Positions 13,390 to 31,740 of a DNA stretch of 64,000 bases are shown in pieces (the first letter of the stretch is position 1; every line of letters starts with the position of its first letter). The DNA is taken from assembly GCA_964016885.1 (NCBI GenBank), contig OZ024755.1:16368001-16432000 (forward strand), written 5' to 3'. Source of the stretch: Eledone cirrhosa (taxonomy: Eukaryota). The translations under genes were made by a program, and so were the position numbers. Under the pieces are notes generated by a model that was given only the letters and a program-made list of their open reading frames with translations, was not told the origin of the DNA and searched no databases.

Positions 13390-13622
13390 ACCCGGAGACT
13401 CGTCAGGCTAGTGCCTATCCCGGATTCAAGACCCCCCGCCCTGGACAGGACCCCAGTCCATCGCAGAGTTAAACTCACCTCAACTATTGCTGGTACTCAT
13501 TTTTAGCTGAGTGTGTTGGAGCAACGTGACATGAAGTGTTTTGCTCAAGAACACAACAAACATCCCAGTCCAGGAATCGAACCGACAACATTATGATCGT
13601 TAGTCCAACACCCTTTCCACTA
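13390..13622 (-). mobile_element. CORE-like tRNA SINE
   Basis: Homologous to 32105-32372; B-box reverse complement ggaatcgaacc. Confidence 0.75.
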
Positions 13623-13909
13623 TCCTGATGTGACAGGAGATAGCTTAAGAAATACTTAAAGAAACAAAGACAATGAAAATTTTAAAGCTTCAAGATGCAA
13701 CTTTAAAATGTTGGTTATGTTACACATTTCTCTAGATGTTATCGCACCTATGATCAACAGCTGTATATAGATGTTATCGAAGTACGATCTCTTCAATGCG
13801 CCATGATGTTACTTAAAACAACATACAATAACATCTGTAGGAAAGAATGAGTGGGCTGGGGGTAAATAAAGAGAATCCTCTTTGTTATGTTATTGAATAT
13901 GTACATAAG

Positions 13910-13955
<46 letters not shown>

Positions 13956-13956
<1 letters not shown>

Positions 13957-14219
13957 GGCTTTGTGCATTGCCTTTGCTCACTATAAAAGCTTCACGGCGC
14001 AGGCATTGCTTTGTATCAGGAGATCTCTCTGCACTTGTCGTCACATGGTACCATAGGCCCAGTACTATGTGTCAATAGTTGTCACAAGTGTAGTGTTTGT
14101 ACCAGAGTTTTCAAGTCGCTGGTTGGACTAAAAAGTCACACTCGTTCAGCGCATTAGTAGGTGTTCTCCTACATGGATATAAAGTAGTGGCCGTACTCGA
14201 AAGCGAGTTGGCAGCCACC
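13956..14219 (-). mobile_element. Probable 5' module of R4/Dong-like element
   Basis: Reverse complement of the 17104 module; same fixed end abutting (TATG)n. Confidence 0.6.
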
Positions 14220-14381
14220 ATGTATGTATGTATGTATGTATGTATGTATGTATGTATGTATGTATGTATGTATGTATGTATGTATGTATGTATGTATGTA
14301 TGTATGTATATGTATGTATGTATATGTATGTATGTATATATATATGTATATATATGTATGTATGTATATATATATATGTAT

Positions 14382-14420
<39 letters not shown>

Positions 14421-14714
14421 AGTATGTATATTCCCTCTGATAGTTTGTAAAATTTTTACATAGATCTATATGATATACATACCAACACTAACATATATAT
14501 CCTAGAAACGATCGTAAAATGATGAATTTTTTAATATAAGGAACTGTTTCTTTGTTTTTATTCATTATTTTTATTAATTTATCTTGACTCTGTTTTCCTG
14601 TATTTTTCATCGGAAAAAAAATTGTTGAATACATCTTCTCTTTTCATGATATTCGGATTACATTGAGTTCCTCATACGTATTGGACACTACCGTTTATTT
14701 TGGTAGATTTATCT

Positions 14715-14775
<61 letters not shown>

Positions 14776-14887
14776 TAAGAGGAATTCCAACTTTGTCTGA
14801 TTTACTCGTTTTATTGACAATCCTTTAAAATTTATAATGGTATTATAATGAAATAGTATGATAGAATATTAAATGTTAAGTGTTAAT

Positions 14888-14926
14888 TGAACAAGTACTT
14901 TCATGCTTTCGTAATCTTAAGGTTCA
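14888..14926 (-). ncRNA. Degenerate minimal hammerhead motif
   Basis: tgaac-CTTAAGA-ttacGAAAgcat-GAA-AGTACT-T-gttca; 5-bp stem I, palindromic stem III, G5->U core change. Confidence 0.5.
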
Positions 14927-14964
14927 TAATGTGTGGTGACAGTCAAGTTTGCAATTTTAAACTG

Positions 14965-17100
<2,136 letters not shown>

Positions 17101-17103
17101 CAT

Positions 17104-18348
17104 GGTGGCTGCCAACTCGTTTTCGAGTACGGCCACTACTTTATATCCATGTAGGAGAACCCTTACCGATGCGCTGAACGAGTGTGACTTTTTAGTCCAG
17201 CCAGCGACTTGAAAACTCTGGTACAAACACTACACTTGTGACAATTATTGACACATAGTACTGGACCCATGGTACCATGTGACGACAAGTGCAGAGAGAT
17301 CTCCAGATACAAAGCAATTCCTGTGCCGTGAAGCTTTTATAGTGAGCAAAGGCAATGCACAAAGCCAGTCCCACTCTCTTAACCAAGATGATATTTACCA
17401 AAAAGAAGAACAAGTCAACATCATTGGATACCATCAGGGTTGCAGGTGTTATATCAGAGCTTTCCATACATACATACATACATACATTCACCAAAGAGAT
17501 AGGGATGCAGGCAAAACACATAGATGTGATAACAAGTGCAGACTCTGCAGAACTAACATCGAGGATATCACCCATGTCATCAGCAGCTGTCCAAAGATGT
17601 CATCGCGGTACTATCTATCTATGAGGCATGATGTAGTGGCCAAAATACTGTACAATGCAGTTCGTAAAAAAGATAGCTCCGATAATAAACATTAAAAGCT
17701 ACAACAATGTCGAAGACATCCATGTACATAATACGAAAGAGTACTGGTGGAATGTTCCAGTAAAAACCCCAATAAAATGCAGGCATAACAGACCAGATAT
17801 TATGATATGGGACAGGGAGAAGAAAACATGCACAGTAGTGGAAATTAGCTGCCCAGCAGATGCCGATATAATATCAAAGATTAGTGAAAAGGAGAATATT
17901 TATGCATAACTGATGAGAAATCTGCAGATACTCCACCCTGATTACACCTTCATATTTATGCCTGTGATTATTGGGACACTGGGATATGTTAGTAACTGCC
18001 TCAATACAAATCTTGAGAAGCTAGGCTTCACAGGAACAGAAAGAACACAACTAGTTAGGAAATTACAAGTACAATCGATTAATGGAACAGTAAAAATATG
18101 TAAAACATTCCAAAAATTTTGCATCTAATAACTGCATATACACATGTACAGATAGAAAGCATATACACATACAACTCAAAACATACACATCCACACATGC
18201 AATAACATCCATATCTACACATGCATGCATACATACATATCTACCTAGTTGATGTTGTGTAAATTCCAATGAGAGAGTCTTGTGTCTATGTTAGAAACCG
18301 ACTCTCTCTCTATTGGTAAAACGTTCTGAAATTATAAAACCAGAAGAA
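17104..18348 (+). mobile_element. R4/Dong-like RLE non-LTR retrotransposon remnant: 5' module + (CATA)n + 3' end
   Basis: See the 17488-18128 entry; 3' UTR ends ttataaaaccagaagaa followed by (CATA)n. Confidence 0.85.
17488..18128 (+). pseudogene. C-terminal CCHC zinc knuckle + restriction-like endonuclease of an R2/R4-group ORF (frameshift and stop)
   Basis: CRLCRTNIEDITHVISSC (CCHC), RHD, HNRPDIMIWD...VVEISCP...KISEKENIY (PD-(D/E) RLE), PVIIGTLG. Confidence 0.9.
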
Positions 18349-19635
18349 CATACATACATACATACGAACAGTAAAGGAGTTTGGCTTGTAATTGAAAAGG
18401 ACAGTTTTATCAAACCCTGTGTCAAGCCGAATTTTCTCGAGAACTTCGTTAAAGGTGAATATTCAACTTCATGCCTGTTACTATTGCAGTTACAGTTCAT
18501 ATACCAACCCGCCTGGACCAATATTCTTAGATTTGTGGAGAAAGAACTTTGCTCCTTAAATCATATGCTATAAATGGCCACGATATCTGGAACCTTCGAA
18601 ATGTCTAAAACATTCTCACGATTCAAAGGATGAACACTTACACAAGAGATGACGACGATTTCCTTTTCTTTACAACCTTGCCACCAAGTAGGGAGCCGAG
18701 CAAAGATAAACTCAAAATTAAGAGAGAACATACATATATACATACAATCATACAGACAGACAAAAATATATACATACATACATGTATACATACATTTATA
18801 CATATATACAAACAATCATACATATATACGTACATACATACATACATGCATACAGACATACTGACAAAATTACATACATATATTCACACATACATATATT
18901 TACACACATACATAAATATACGCAGATGTACATACATGGTTACATACAGACAAAAATGCATACATAGATAGAGACGTACAGACAAAAATGCATACATATA
19001 TACACATACAGATATATACAAACATAATACATACAAATATATACACACAAATGCACACACACACACCCACACACACAGAGAGACAGAGAGAGACAGACAG
19101 AATGTATCCAGTCGTAAATGAAGTGATAGGTTGCTCCCTGCATTATATAGCAAATATGGTCATTACACGCCTAGATATGTGTAGGTGTGTCTGTGTACTA
19201 AAGTCTTTCTATCTATGTGTCTGCGTGTGATATTGTGGTTTTGTGTGCGTGTGTTTGCCTCGTTATTCTGTATGTATGTATGGCGTGAGTGTATATAGAC
19301 ACATATGTGTGTATATATATAGATATATGTGTGTCTGTGTATGTATGTAAGTGTGTGTAGATTCTCCTACATTACAAGATTTTCTCTGTAGACAACTATC
19401 ATACATCTCTCTCTATCTCTCTCTTTCTTTTTTTTTTGTCTGTCTCGCTCTCTTTTTCTTCTTTTCTTTCTTTTTCTTTTTGTCTGTTATACTCTCTCTC
19501 TCACTTCCTCTTTCTATCTCTCTCTCTCTATCTCACTTCCTCTCTCTCCCTCTATCTCATCGACATTCATTCTCTATTAAACACACACAAATACATAGGT
19601 GTGTGCGTGCGTGTTAGTATATACATATATATATA

Positions 19636-19670
<35 letters not shown>

Positions 19671-19765
19671 GTAGATAGGTAGATACACAAACACAAACAC
19701 ACACGCACACGCACACACACACACACAAAGACGCACATATAGATATACAATTCCCCATTAACAGG

Positions 19766-19789
<24 letters not shown>

Positions 19790-19796
<7 letters not shown>

Positions 19797-19958
19797 CAAA
19801 ATATTAACAAATGAAAGATATTCACATAATCAAAATATACGCTTTATTATATATATTTCAAAAGTACTGTGTTGTTTTTTTTCAGTACGTCTTCATCAGA
19901 TAAAATATATGATTTGATATATGACATACCGCTACTGTCTTGATTATACAATTCCAGT
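19790..19958 (-). mobile_element. Family C element with type I hammerhead (~19840-19910)
   Basis: Homologous to 11708-11875; tttat-CTGATGA-agacGTACTG...CAGTACtttt-GAA-ATATATAT-A-ataaa. Confidence 0.7.
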
Positions 19959-20049
19959 CAACACGAATGGACCTGTTGTTTTTATCTAAAGACATTTTTT
20001 TCCCAATTCCATCCCGTCCGTCCCCTCAATCTATCTTATTTCTCATTCT

Positions 20050-20086
20050 TTCTTCTGATGAAGGACTAGCGTCCGAAACGTTAGAC
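20050..20086 (+). ncRNA. Minimal Penelope-type hammerhead
   Basis: CTGATGA-a-GGAC-tagc-GTCC-GAAACGTTA; stem I weak; followed by ~85 bp tail and microsatellite. Confidence 0.65.
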
Positions 20087-20169
20087 CCTCTTCCTGCTAT
20101 GTCAAGCGTTAAGCTAATATATACCTTCCATATACTGTACCGATTGTGTTGTTATTTCTGTTTACATTT

Positions 20170-20206
<37 letters not shown>

Positions 20207-20413
20207 TATGTATATATATATATATATATATATACATACATATATATATATATACACATACATACATACATACATATATTTATATCCCTCCTCATATAGC
20301 TGCCCCTGAAATTCAGTCATATTTTTTAACGACTGTCAACATTTCGTTCTCTCTGTTTACATATCTTCCGATCTATCGATCTCTGTTTACAAATCTATCT
20401 ACCTTCCTATCTA

Positions 20414-20447
<34 letters not shown>

Positions 20448-20597
20448 CTGTATGTCTGTGTGATTGTGTGGCTGTGTATGTGTGTCTGTGTGTGTGATTG
20501 TGTGACTGTGTATGTGAGTCTGTGTGTGTGTGGCTGTGGGAGAATGTGTGGTTGTGTGCGTTTGTGTGTGTATGTGTTTGTGCGTCAGTATGTGCGC

Positions 20598-20651
<54 letters not shown>

Positions 20652-21021
20652 CTTATCTATCAATCCATCTATCAATCTAAATATTTTTCTATTTATCTGT
20701 GTTTAAGATTGTGAAGTTGCGTGGGAGTGAGATTGTGTGTGTGAAGTATGTATGTATGTATGTATGTATGTGCGTACGTATGTACGTATGTGTGTGTGTA
20801 TGTATGTATGTATTATGTATGTATGTATATATATGTACGTACGTATGTCTGTATGTATGTATGTGTGCATATATATATGTATGTATGTGTGTGTGTGTGT
20901 ATGTATGTATGTGTGTATATATGTATGTGTGTGTATGTATGTATATGTGTGTGTGTGTATGTATGTCATGTGTGTATGTCTATCTGTCTGTGTATATATA
21001 CATGTGTGTGTGTGTGTGTAC

Positions 21022-21064
<43 letters not shown>

Positions 21065-21563
21065 TGTATGTACTTATGTAAATATATATATGTAAACATA
21101 CATACATGAAATTGACAAGGAAAAAACAACATGAAAGACAATGTGTATGTGTCCTTGACACACTCACTCACACACACACACACACACTTACGCACATAAA
21201 AACGATATATGCATATATACACATATAAACGGCGCACACACACACACACGCAGAAATTATATGCGCGCGCACACAAGCAAATAACTTCTCGAATTCGCGA
21301 TTCATATTATATATCGATCGACATTTTAATTCATTATTACTGTTGTCTTCTCCTTTCCATAGAGGGCGCTCTACTCCGACAATATCTATTTCGCACATCA
21401 CCCGCCTACAACCGATCAGGTGACTTGATGGGGGTCCCCACCACCATCAACACCACCAACACTACTATCACCACCACCACCACCACCACCATATTGACCG
21501 AATAAAAAGAATTACATAGTACTCATCGCCCATTCGAAAGAATCTGCAGCCAACCAAACAGAG

Positions 21564-22477
<914 letters not shown>

Positions 22478-22644
22478 CAGAGAGACAGAGAGAGAGAGAG
22501 AGAGAAATACAGAAATACACACACACGTATATCTGTGTGTGTGTGTGTGTCTGTGTGCGTGCGTGTGTGTATATCGTCCATAAGACATTTTATAGAGCAT
22601 ATACAAATCTTTTTGTTGATGTCACTTATGTTTTACAACATAAT

Positions 22645-22885
22645 TGGCAGAGTCGTTAGAATGCTCTGCTGTCTTCACCTTACGAGTTCGATAAAAAAAA
22701 AAAAGTACGAGTCTAGTACTGGGGTCGATTCTTCTATATCTCTTTCTCATTCCCTCTCTCCCTCTCTATCCTTGTGTGTATTCAGAAGTGAAAAGGATTG
22801 GGCTCCGCCAGGTTTTAAAATACCCTAGAAACGATGCATACGGCACCCCATTGACTCCATCAGGAGTTACGGGACCATGGATGCA
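22645..22885 (+). mobile_element. Meta-like SINE with long 3' tail (internally deleted)
   Basis: Head ttggcagagtcgttag, gagttcgat, tail gggctccgccaggttttaaaa...ggagttacgggacc. Confidence 0.65.
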
Positions 22886-23149
22886 TGTTTTACAAGTATA
22901 GTATTTCAGGGTGTTGTTACGGTTTAGTTACGTTCATTTAATCTCCATCTCACCTATCATGGCCTCTGTATTGTAATATCCGTTCAGTGGTTGTGTACTG
23001 TTGTTTTCACAAGAGCAATGAACCTCAATGTATGTGGTAGAATTATGATGGATAATATATTTAATGTTAGAGGTGCACTTTAAATTTACATTTATGCTGA
23101 ATTTCTTATAACTGTGGTTAGTGGGTCTCTTTTCTCTGATTAGATAAAC

Positions 23150-23787
23150 ATATTACCGGAAGTACGAGTGAAGGATGTTAGCATGCCATTCTATGACAGC
23201 ATATAGTTACATCTCTTTACGATCTAAGTTCAAATCCCGCCGAGGTTAGCTGTGCCTTTCATCCTTACGGGGTCGATTTAATTGACTTCCCCATTTCCCC
23301 AAACATTGTTGGCCTTGCTCTTAAATCAGAAACCATTATTAAAACAAAATTAAAGGTGGCGGTTTGATAGTAATCGGTAGAGCGTCAGACAACATGCTTT
23401 GCGGCATATAGGTACGCCCCTTTACGTACTTTGAGTTCAAATTCCGCCGAAATTAGTTTCGCCTTTCGTCCATTACGGCATCGATAAAATGAAGTACCAG
23501 TAATGTACTGGGGTCGATTTCATCGACTTTCCCCTCGCGTAAAATTGCGGGCCTATATAAGAAACCATTATTAAAACAAAATAGCGGTGGATTGGCAGTA
23601 TCGGTAGAGGGTCGGACGCCATGCTTTGCAGCACAGTTACGTCTCTTTACGGACTGAGTTCAAATCCCGCCGAGATTTACTTTGCCTTTCATCCTTACGG
23701 GGTCGATAAAATAAAGTACCAGTAATACACTGACATAGTTGCTGACCTTGTGCGAAAAAGTAGAAACAATTATTAAAACAAAATTCA
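23150..23787 (+). mobile_element. Three head-to-tail Meta-like SINE copies
   Basis: Three gttcaaat-ccgccga B-box/core units (~23228, 23435, 23657), each ending aaaccattattaaaacaaaat. Confidence 0.85.
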
Positions 23788-24070
23788 GCTCAAGTTACTC
23801 TCAATCATTTAAACAAGGAGTATATTTTTGACACACTTCCTTTGGAAAGTTTTCTTGTTGTGGTTATTGTTTCTGTTGTTGGTTTACTCCGTTGAATATT
23901 TTGAATATTCTCATATTTTTCTCTTTCCATAATTACTTCCTGTCTATACTGAATTTTGGAGGGCGAGTGGGTGGCGTCAACGTGTGTATGGTTTCTTGAA
24001 GGCAGATGTGTCTGTCTTCAGTCGTTAGAATGAATAAATAACATAGTGTTAGAAACACCATGTTATTTAC

Positions 24071-24126
24071 TCATTCTGATGACTGAAGACAGATACATCT
24101 GCCTTCAAGAAACCACTGGTAAATGA
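24071..24126 (+). ncRNA. Type I hammerhead ribozyme within fold-back 23989-24115
   Basis: TCATT-CTGATGA-ctgaagacagat/atctgccttcaa-GAA-ACCA-c-TGGT-A-AATGA; intact core. Confidence 0.8.
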
Positions 24127-24754
24127 AATAATTATCTTATGTTGTTTATTACATAACTATATATATAAATATATATTTATATATATATATTTATATATAT
24201 ATATTTATATATATTTATATATATATTTATATATATATATTTATATTTATCTATATATTTATATATATATTTATATAAATATATATATATAAATATAAAT
24301 ATATATATAAATATATATATAAATATATATATATAAATATATATAGAAATATATAGAAATATATATAGAAATATATATATATAAATATATATATAAATAT
24401 ATATATAAATATATATATAAATATATATATAAATATATATATAAATATATATATATAATATATATATATAAATAAATATAGATAAATATAAATATATAAT
24501 ATATATATAAATATATATATATAAATATGTAGGAGGTGAGTTTTATTGTAGTACAATAAAGCAATGCAGATATCGGATAAGAAGCACTCTACAGTTTGTA
24601 GGACTGGAGTATACATAATATATAAGATCAAAAGATGGTTAAAGGAGTTCCATGTATTTTATTATGCGCATTTCAAAAACAAACATCATCATCATATGTT
24701 GATTTAAAACTGCACTATCCACAAGTGTTTTTTAGTCTTCATATCATGTCCTCC

Positions 24755-24825
24755 TGTTTTATCTGATGAAAACACAAATATTATTGCATGATGATGTTTG
24801 TTTTTGAAATGCGCATAATAAAATA
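24755..24825 (+). ncRNA. Type I hammerhead ribozyme within inverted repeat 24615-24864
   Basis: tgttttat-CTGATGA-long stem II-GAA-ATGCGCAT-A-ataaaata; intact core, 8-bp stem I, palindromic stem III. Confidence 0.8.
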
Positions 24826-24864
24826 CATGGAACTCCTTTAACCATCTTTTGATCTTATATATTA

Positions 24865-26742
<1,878 letters not shown>

Positions 26743-26757
26743 GTTTTAATATAGATG

Positions 26758-26808
26758 AGATTCTACAGGACTAGAACTGTTTCATTCTTTAGAAATCATC
26801 AAGAATCT
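26758..26808 (-). ncRNA. Family A hammerhead (C3->U)
   Basis: AGATTC-TTGATGA-tttc-taaa-gaat-GAA-ACAG-ttctagtc-CTGT-A-GAATCT; 6-bp stem I. Confidence 0.7.
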
Positions 26809-27219
26809 GGCTTTCCCAAAATAAATGTTGTGGTATTTATATCTCTTCAGGTGGTAGGAGAGGGTGGGGAGTGGGATGGTTGGAGGTCATTGGTTGAAAG
26901 AAAAGGGAATTCATTAAAAGCTAATTCTTTAAGGCTATAATTTATATTTAGAGTGACAAAGGCAGAAAGAATTCTATAAACAAGTTTCTCTTAAGCTAAC
27001 AATGCCTATATTTCAGGTGTCTATAAGATGATTGGGGGTCGGTCATGCTTTATGGATTTAAAGAAAAAGGAAATTCTTTAAAAGCTAATTCTTTAAAGCT
27101 CTAACTAGAGTGACAAAGGCCAAGAGAATTCGATAAACCAGTTCAAGATATTGAGTGCCTATCATATCATTATTGTCATATTTCTCTTAAGCCATATTCC
27201 AGGTGTCAACAGATACATT

Positions 27220-27503
27220 CACACACACACCCACACATATATATACATACACACACACATATATATATATATGTATATATATTTATATATATATATATAT
27301 ACACATACATACATACATATACACATACATACATTCATATATATATGTATATATATACATATATATATACACATACATACATATATATGTATATATATTT
27401 ATATATATATATATATATATACATACATACATACATATACACATACATACATTCATATATATATGTATATATATATATATATATATACACATACATACAT
27501 ATA

Positions 27504-27552
<49 letters not shown>

Positions 27553-27637
27553 AAACATACATATGTATATATGTATATGTATATATATATATATGTGTAT
27601 ATATATATATATGTATATATATGTATATATATATGTG

Positions 27638-27671
<34 letters not shown>

Positions 27672-27831
27672 TATATACACATACATACATACATATATAC
27701 ACATACATATATATACACATACATACATACATATATATATTACACATACATATATATATATACACATACATACACACACACATATATATACACATACATA
27801 TATATATATATATATATACACACATACATAC

Positions 27832-27862
<31 letters not shown>

Positions 27863-27950
27863 CATATATATATACACACATACATATATATATATATATA
27901 CATATATATATACACACATACATACATATAATATATATATATATATACAC

Positions 27951-27995
<45 letters not shown>

Positions 27996-28040
27996 CATAC
28001 ATATATATATATACACATACATACATATATATATATATAC

Positions 28041-28071
<31 letters not shown>

Positions 28072-28318
28072 CACATACATACATACATATATATATACAC
28101 ATACATACATACATATATATATATACACATACATACATATATATATATATACACATACATACATATCTATATATATACACATACATACATATATATATAT
28201 ATACACATACATACATATATATATATATACACACATACATACATATATATATATATACACACATACATACATATATATATATATACACACATACATACAT
28301 ATATATATATATACACAC

Positions 28319-28360
<42 letters not shown>

Positions 28361-28411
28361 CATACATATATATATATACACACACACACACATATCTATA
28401 CACATACATAC

Positions 28412-28458
<47 letters not shown>

Positions 28459-28515
28459 TATCTATACACATATATAAACACATACAAACACATCTACAGA
28501 AATACACATATATAC
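27220..28515. repeat. (TA)n/(CACATA)n array
   Basis: Direct inspection. Confidence 0.98.
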
Positions 28516-28902
28516 ACAATTGCATACAGACTACATATATTGATGTTAAGACATTATCAAAGGCGGCTTGCCTGGATCGAGACAATGCTTTAACGACTAT
28601 CAATATGTAAACCTTTGTCGTTCGAAACTATAGCAGACGACAGGCCTGCATAAACTGGCTGTGAATGTAGCTAAACAACTTCGGAATATCTACTAAAATG
28701 GAAACACCATTTATTGCTTTTACCTTCTTTCTTTTGATTATATAATTGACGAGGTTGTAGTAAAAATTGAATGAATTTAGTTACTGGGTCTCTCTCTCTC
28801 TCTCTCTCTCCTCTCTCTCTCACCTCCTGTCTCTCAAAGATACATTAAAACGGGTGTAGCGTCTAATATATATATATATACATATATATATAAATTAATA
28901 TA

Positions 28903-28933
<31 letters not shown>

Positions 28934-28987
28934 TTATATACATATATTAATATATGTGCGTGTATATATGTATATATATATGTGTGC

Positions 28988-29025
<38 letters not shown>

Positions 29026-29043
29026 ATATAGTTGGAAAATAGT

Positions 29044-29079
<36 letters not shown>

Positions 29080-29158
29080 ACTATTTTCAACTATATCAAG
29101 CGTAAAACTAATATATTTACTCTTTGTGCTGTGACGTTTGCTTTATTTATTTACCTTT

Positions 29159-29204
<46 letters not shown>

Positions 29205-29208
<4 letters not shown>

Positions 29209-29337
29209 AATAAGGGCGCTGCGGAGTTGCAAATGGGTTACATATGAAAAAGTTTGTCCTTCATCAGTGATCTTCCAACCATCATAGCGATGAAATGCCT
29301 ATGATGGTTGGAAGATCACTGATGAAGGACAAACTTT

Positions 29338-29345
<8 letters not shown>
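29205..29345. mobile_element. Fold-back fragment of the element at 49495-49871
   Basis: Inverted repeat 29242-29345; homologous to gaagatcactgatgaaggac...catatgtaacccatttgc at 49520-49570. Confidence 0.7.
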
Positions 29346-29393
<48 letters not shown>

Positions 29394-29984
29394 CTTTATG
29401 GCTTAGTGAGCCTTGTTACAGAGGAGTTTCTCCTTCTCATACATAGGGTCTTCAGAAATGACGATACTGTGTGAGCAGGTGAAAATCTCAACAATCTTCA
29501 AAATTCACTGAAGTTATAATACGTTTGGCATACTAGCTTCTATTCTAGTTATATAAACCTATTATTTATCAATCCTTAACTGTGTGGGTACCTATCTAGT
29601 TAGTTCCAGTTGAGTTGGATCAAACAGCCTGTTCTTGAAATAGGGTGAGAGATACATTCGATTTGATCTATCCATTCCAGTTCTTGGCTAGTATTTTATT
29701 TTTATCGACCCATCGATCTAGGAGGCCTGAAAAGCAAATGTTGCTTTGGTGGGATTTCACCCCAGAACGTAAAAGAACGTAATTAAATAACGGTTTCTGA
29801 TTTAGGCTCAAGGCCAGCAATTGGGGGGGGGGGATATACTCCTTGTTTAAATGATTGGAGTGACTTGAGCTAAATTTTGTATTAATTGTGATTTTGGATT
29901 CTAGGTACAAGGCCTACAATTTTGTGGGGAGAGGGAAAGTCGATTAAATTGACACCAGTGCATTACTGGTGTTTTATTTTATCA

Positions 29985-30095
29985 AAATTAAGTGTTTTGC
30001 TCAGGAACACAACACACAACCCAGTCCAGGAATCGAACCCACGACATTATGATCGTAACTTCAACACATTTACCACTAGGCCACGTGACTCCACT
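29985..30095 (-). mobile_element. CORE-like tRNA SINE head fragment, following Meta-like SINE remnants at 29680-29985
   Basis: aagtgttttgctcaggaacac...ggaatcgaaccc...accactaggccac. Confidence 0.7.
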
Positions 30096-30850
30096 TCATA
30101 TTAACAGGACCGATAGAATAACGTACTAGTCAAGTACTGGAGATCTATTTGCAGTAGTCGCACTCCGTCGGTTGCTACGACGAGTGTTAAAATTGATAAG
30201 ATCAACGGAACAACCTGTTCATGAAATCATGTAAGTGGCTGAGCATTCTACAAACACGCAAACACATAACATAGTTCTCATGGAGATTCAGGGTGACACA
30301 AGAACTTTTCAGCACCCCGATATAATAGCATTTCCCAATGAGTTTGTAGGGCGTTGAAGGCTGCGGTGATATATGTGTGAAATTAAATAATTATATTAAA
30401 ACCTGACATCGGATAGTAGTTATGGCTCACCATGTATTTATAATTTCTCGCTAACTGTACTGTGTTGGCCACACCTGTAGCGAAATATTGTGTCATTCTG
30501 TCTAGAATGACACACATTTTGAACAGAAGAGGAAAAGCCATATGTTTGAGGTCTTGAAGGGCAAATTTACATCAACTGGGAGTCTATTGTCAGGCTTAGA
30601 TCGTTGGGAGGTCTGCGGTGTTTATCAAACTTCAATAACAACGAAAGTACGTGATTTATTTCACTTAGAGACCGAACCCCGGCCTGATAGAAACAGCAAC
30701 CAAATCTTTCTTAAAGCACAATCTTTAAAACAAGAGGAAAACACGTGGCTGGAATGCTTTTGATCACCGTTCTACTTACTCTATTAGAACTACGTTGACG
30801 GTAAACAACAAAATTTGTTAATTTCCTGTTTATTTTAATATATTATATAT

Positions 30851-31165
30851 CAGGAGTGTGCAACATATTCCATTGGCGGGCGACTTTTGAATATTGGAGT
30901 AACTATTAGGGCCATTAATATTTATTAAGCACTATTCCAAAGATTCATCACTTCTTTCCATAACATGGAACTGAGAAATTATTACACCCATAACCCCATC
31001 AGTGAAGCCCTTTAGTATAGGTCAACTAACAGAAAATTGTATTACAGTTACGAAAGAAATTCTAAATTAGCCTACCCTACAAGGTGAAAATTAAAAACGG
31101 TCACTGCGGACTACTCTGACTGGTCAGGTGGGCCGGATTGTCGCCCGCGGGCCGCCGGTTATATA
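30851..31165. mobile_element. Degenerate hAT-type MITE
   Basis: caggagtgtgcaac left end and ggccggatt-gcccgcgggccgccggtt right subterminal motif typical of hAT/Charlie MITEs. Confidence 0.5.
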
Positions 31166-31494
31166 TTAATTCTGTATACACTTTTCAGTATCTTAATATT
31201 AGAGATATTAAAATCAATTAAGCTGACCACAATATATTACTGGGACTTATAAATGTATATATTACTGCTAATTAAGACTATATCAGATGTGTTAATCGGC
31301 CGAATGTGTGTCCATTTTCAGATCCTCCAGGATATTTGTTTAAACGATTGACAAGATTCCAGGCCTAATTCGCTTACCGAATGGGATGGAACTCGTCAAA
31401 TCGGACCAAGGAAACCATGTTTCCATTGGATTTTCCATTGATAATATTATCTACCCTTTGCAAATCCTGGAAGAAGGAGCAACGTCAAATCAAA

Positions 31495-31740
31495 CTCGGC
31501 GGAACCCATCTCCTCTCCATGTCAGAATACAGCAGATTTCTTCCAGAGAAAAGGATAGAATGGAAGTGAGAAAGATATATAGAGAAATAATCGACCCCAG
31601 CACTAGACTGGTACTTTTTGACATCGAATTGATGAAAGGAAAAGCTGACCACGACAGGATTTGAACTCAGAGATCAGAGCCGAAACGGGTACTGCAAAGA
31701 ATTCTATCTGACGTTCTAACAATTTTGTCAATTCGCTACA
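31495..31740 (-). mobile_element. Meta-like SINE with partial long tail
   Basis: cccatctcctctcca...gcagatttctt, ctggtact, gatttgaactcag. Confidence 0.65.

Noticed and set aside
17104-17185. HDV-like ribozyme at the 5' end of the R4-like module (P1-like GGTGGCTG/CGGCCACT, P2-like ACTCGTT/AACGAGT)
   Set aside because: No room for P3/L3 and no P1.1; a simple hairpin explains it.
31320-31495. Candidate exon after ttttcag
   Set aside because: Early stop codon; more likely a decayed LINE 3' end next to a SINE tail.
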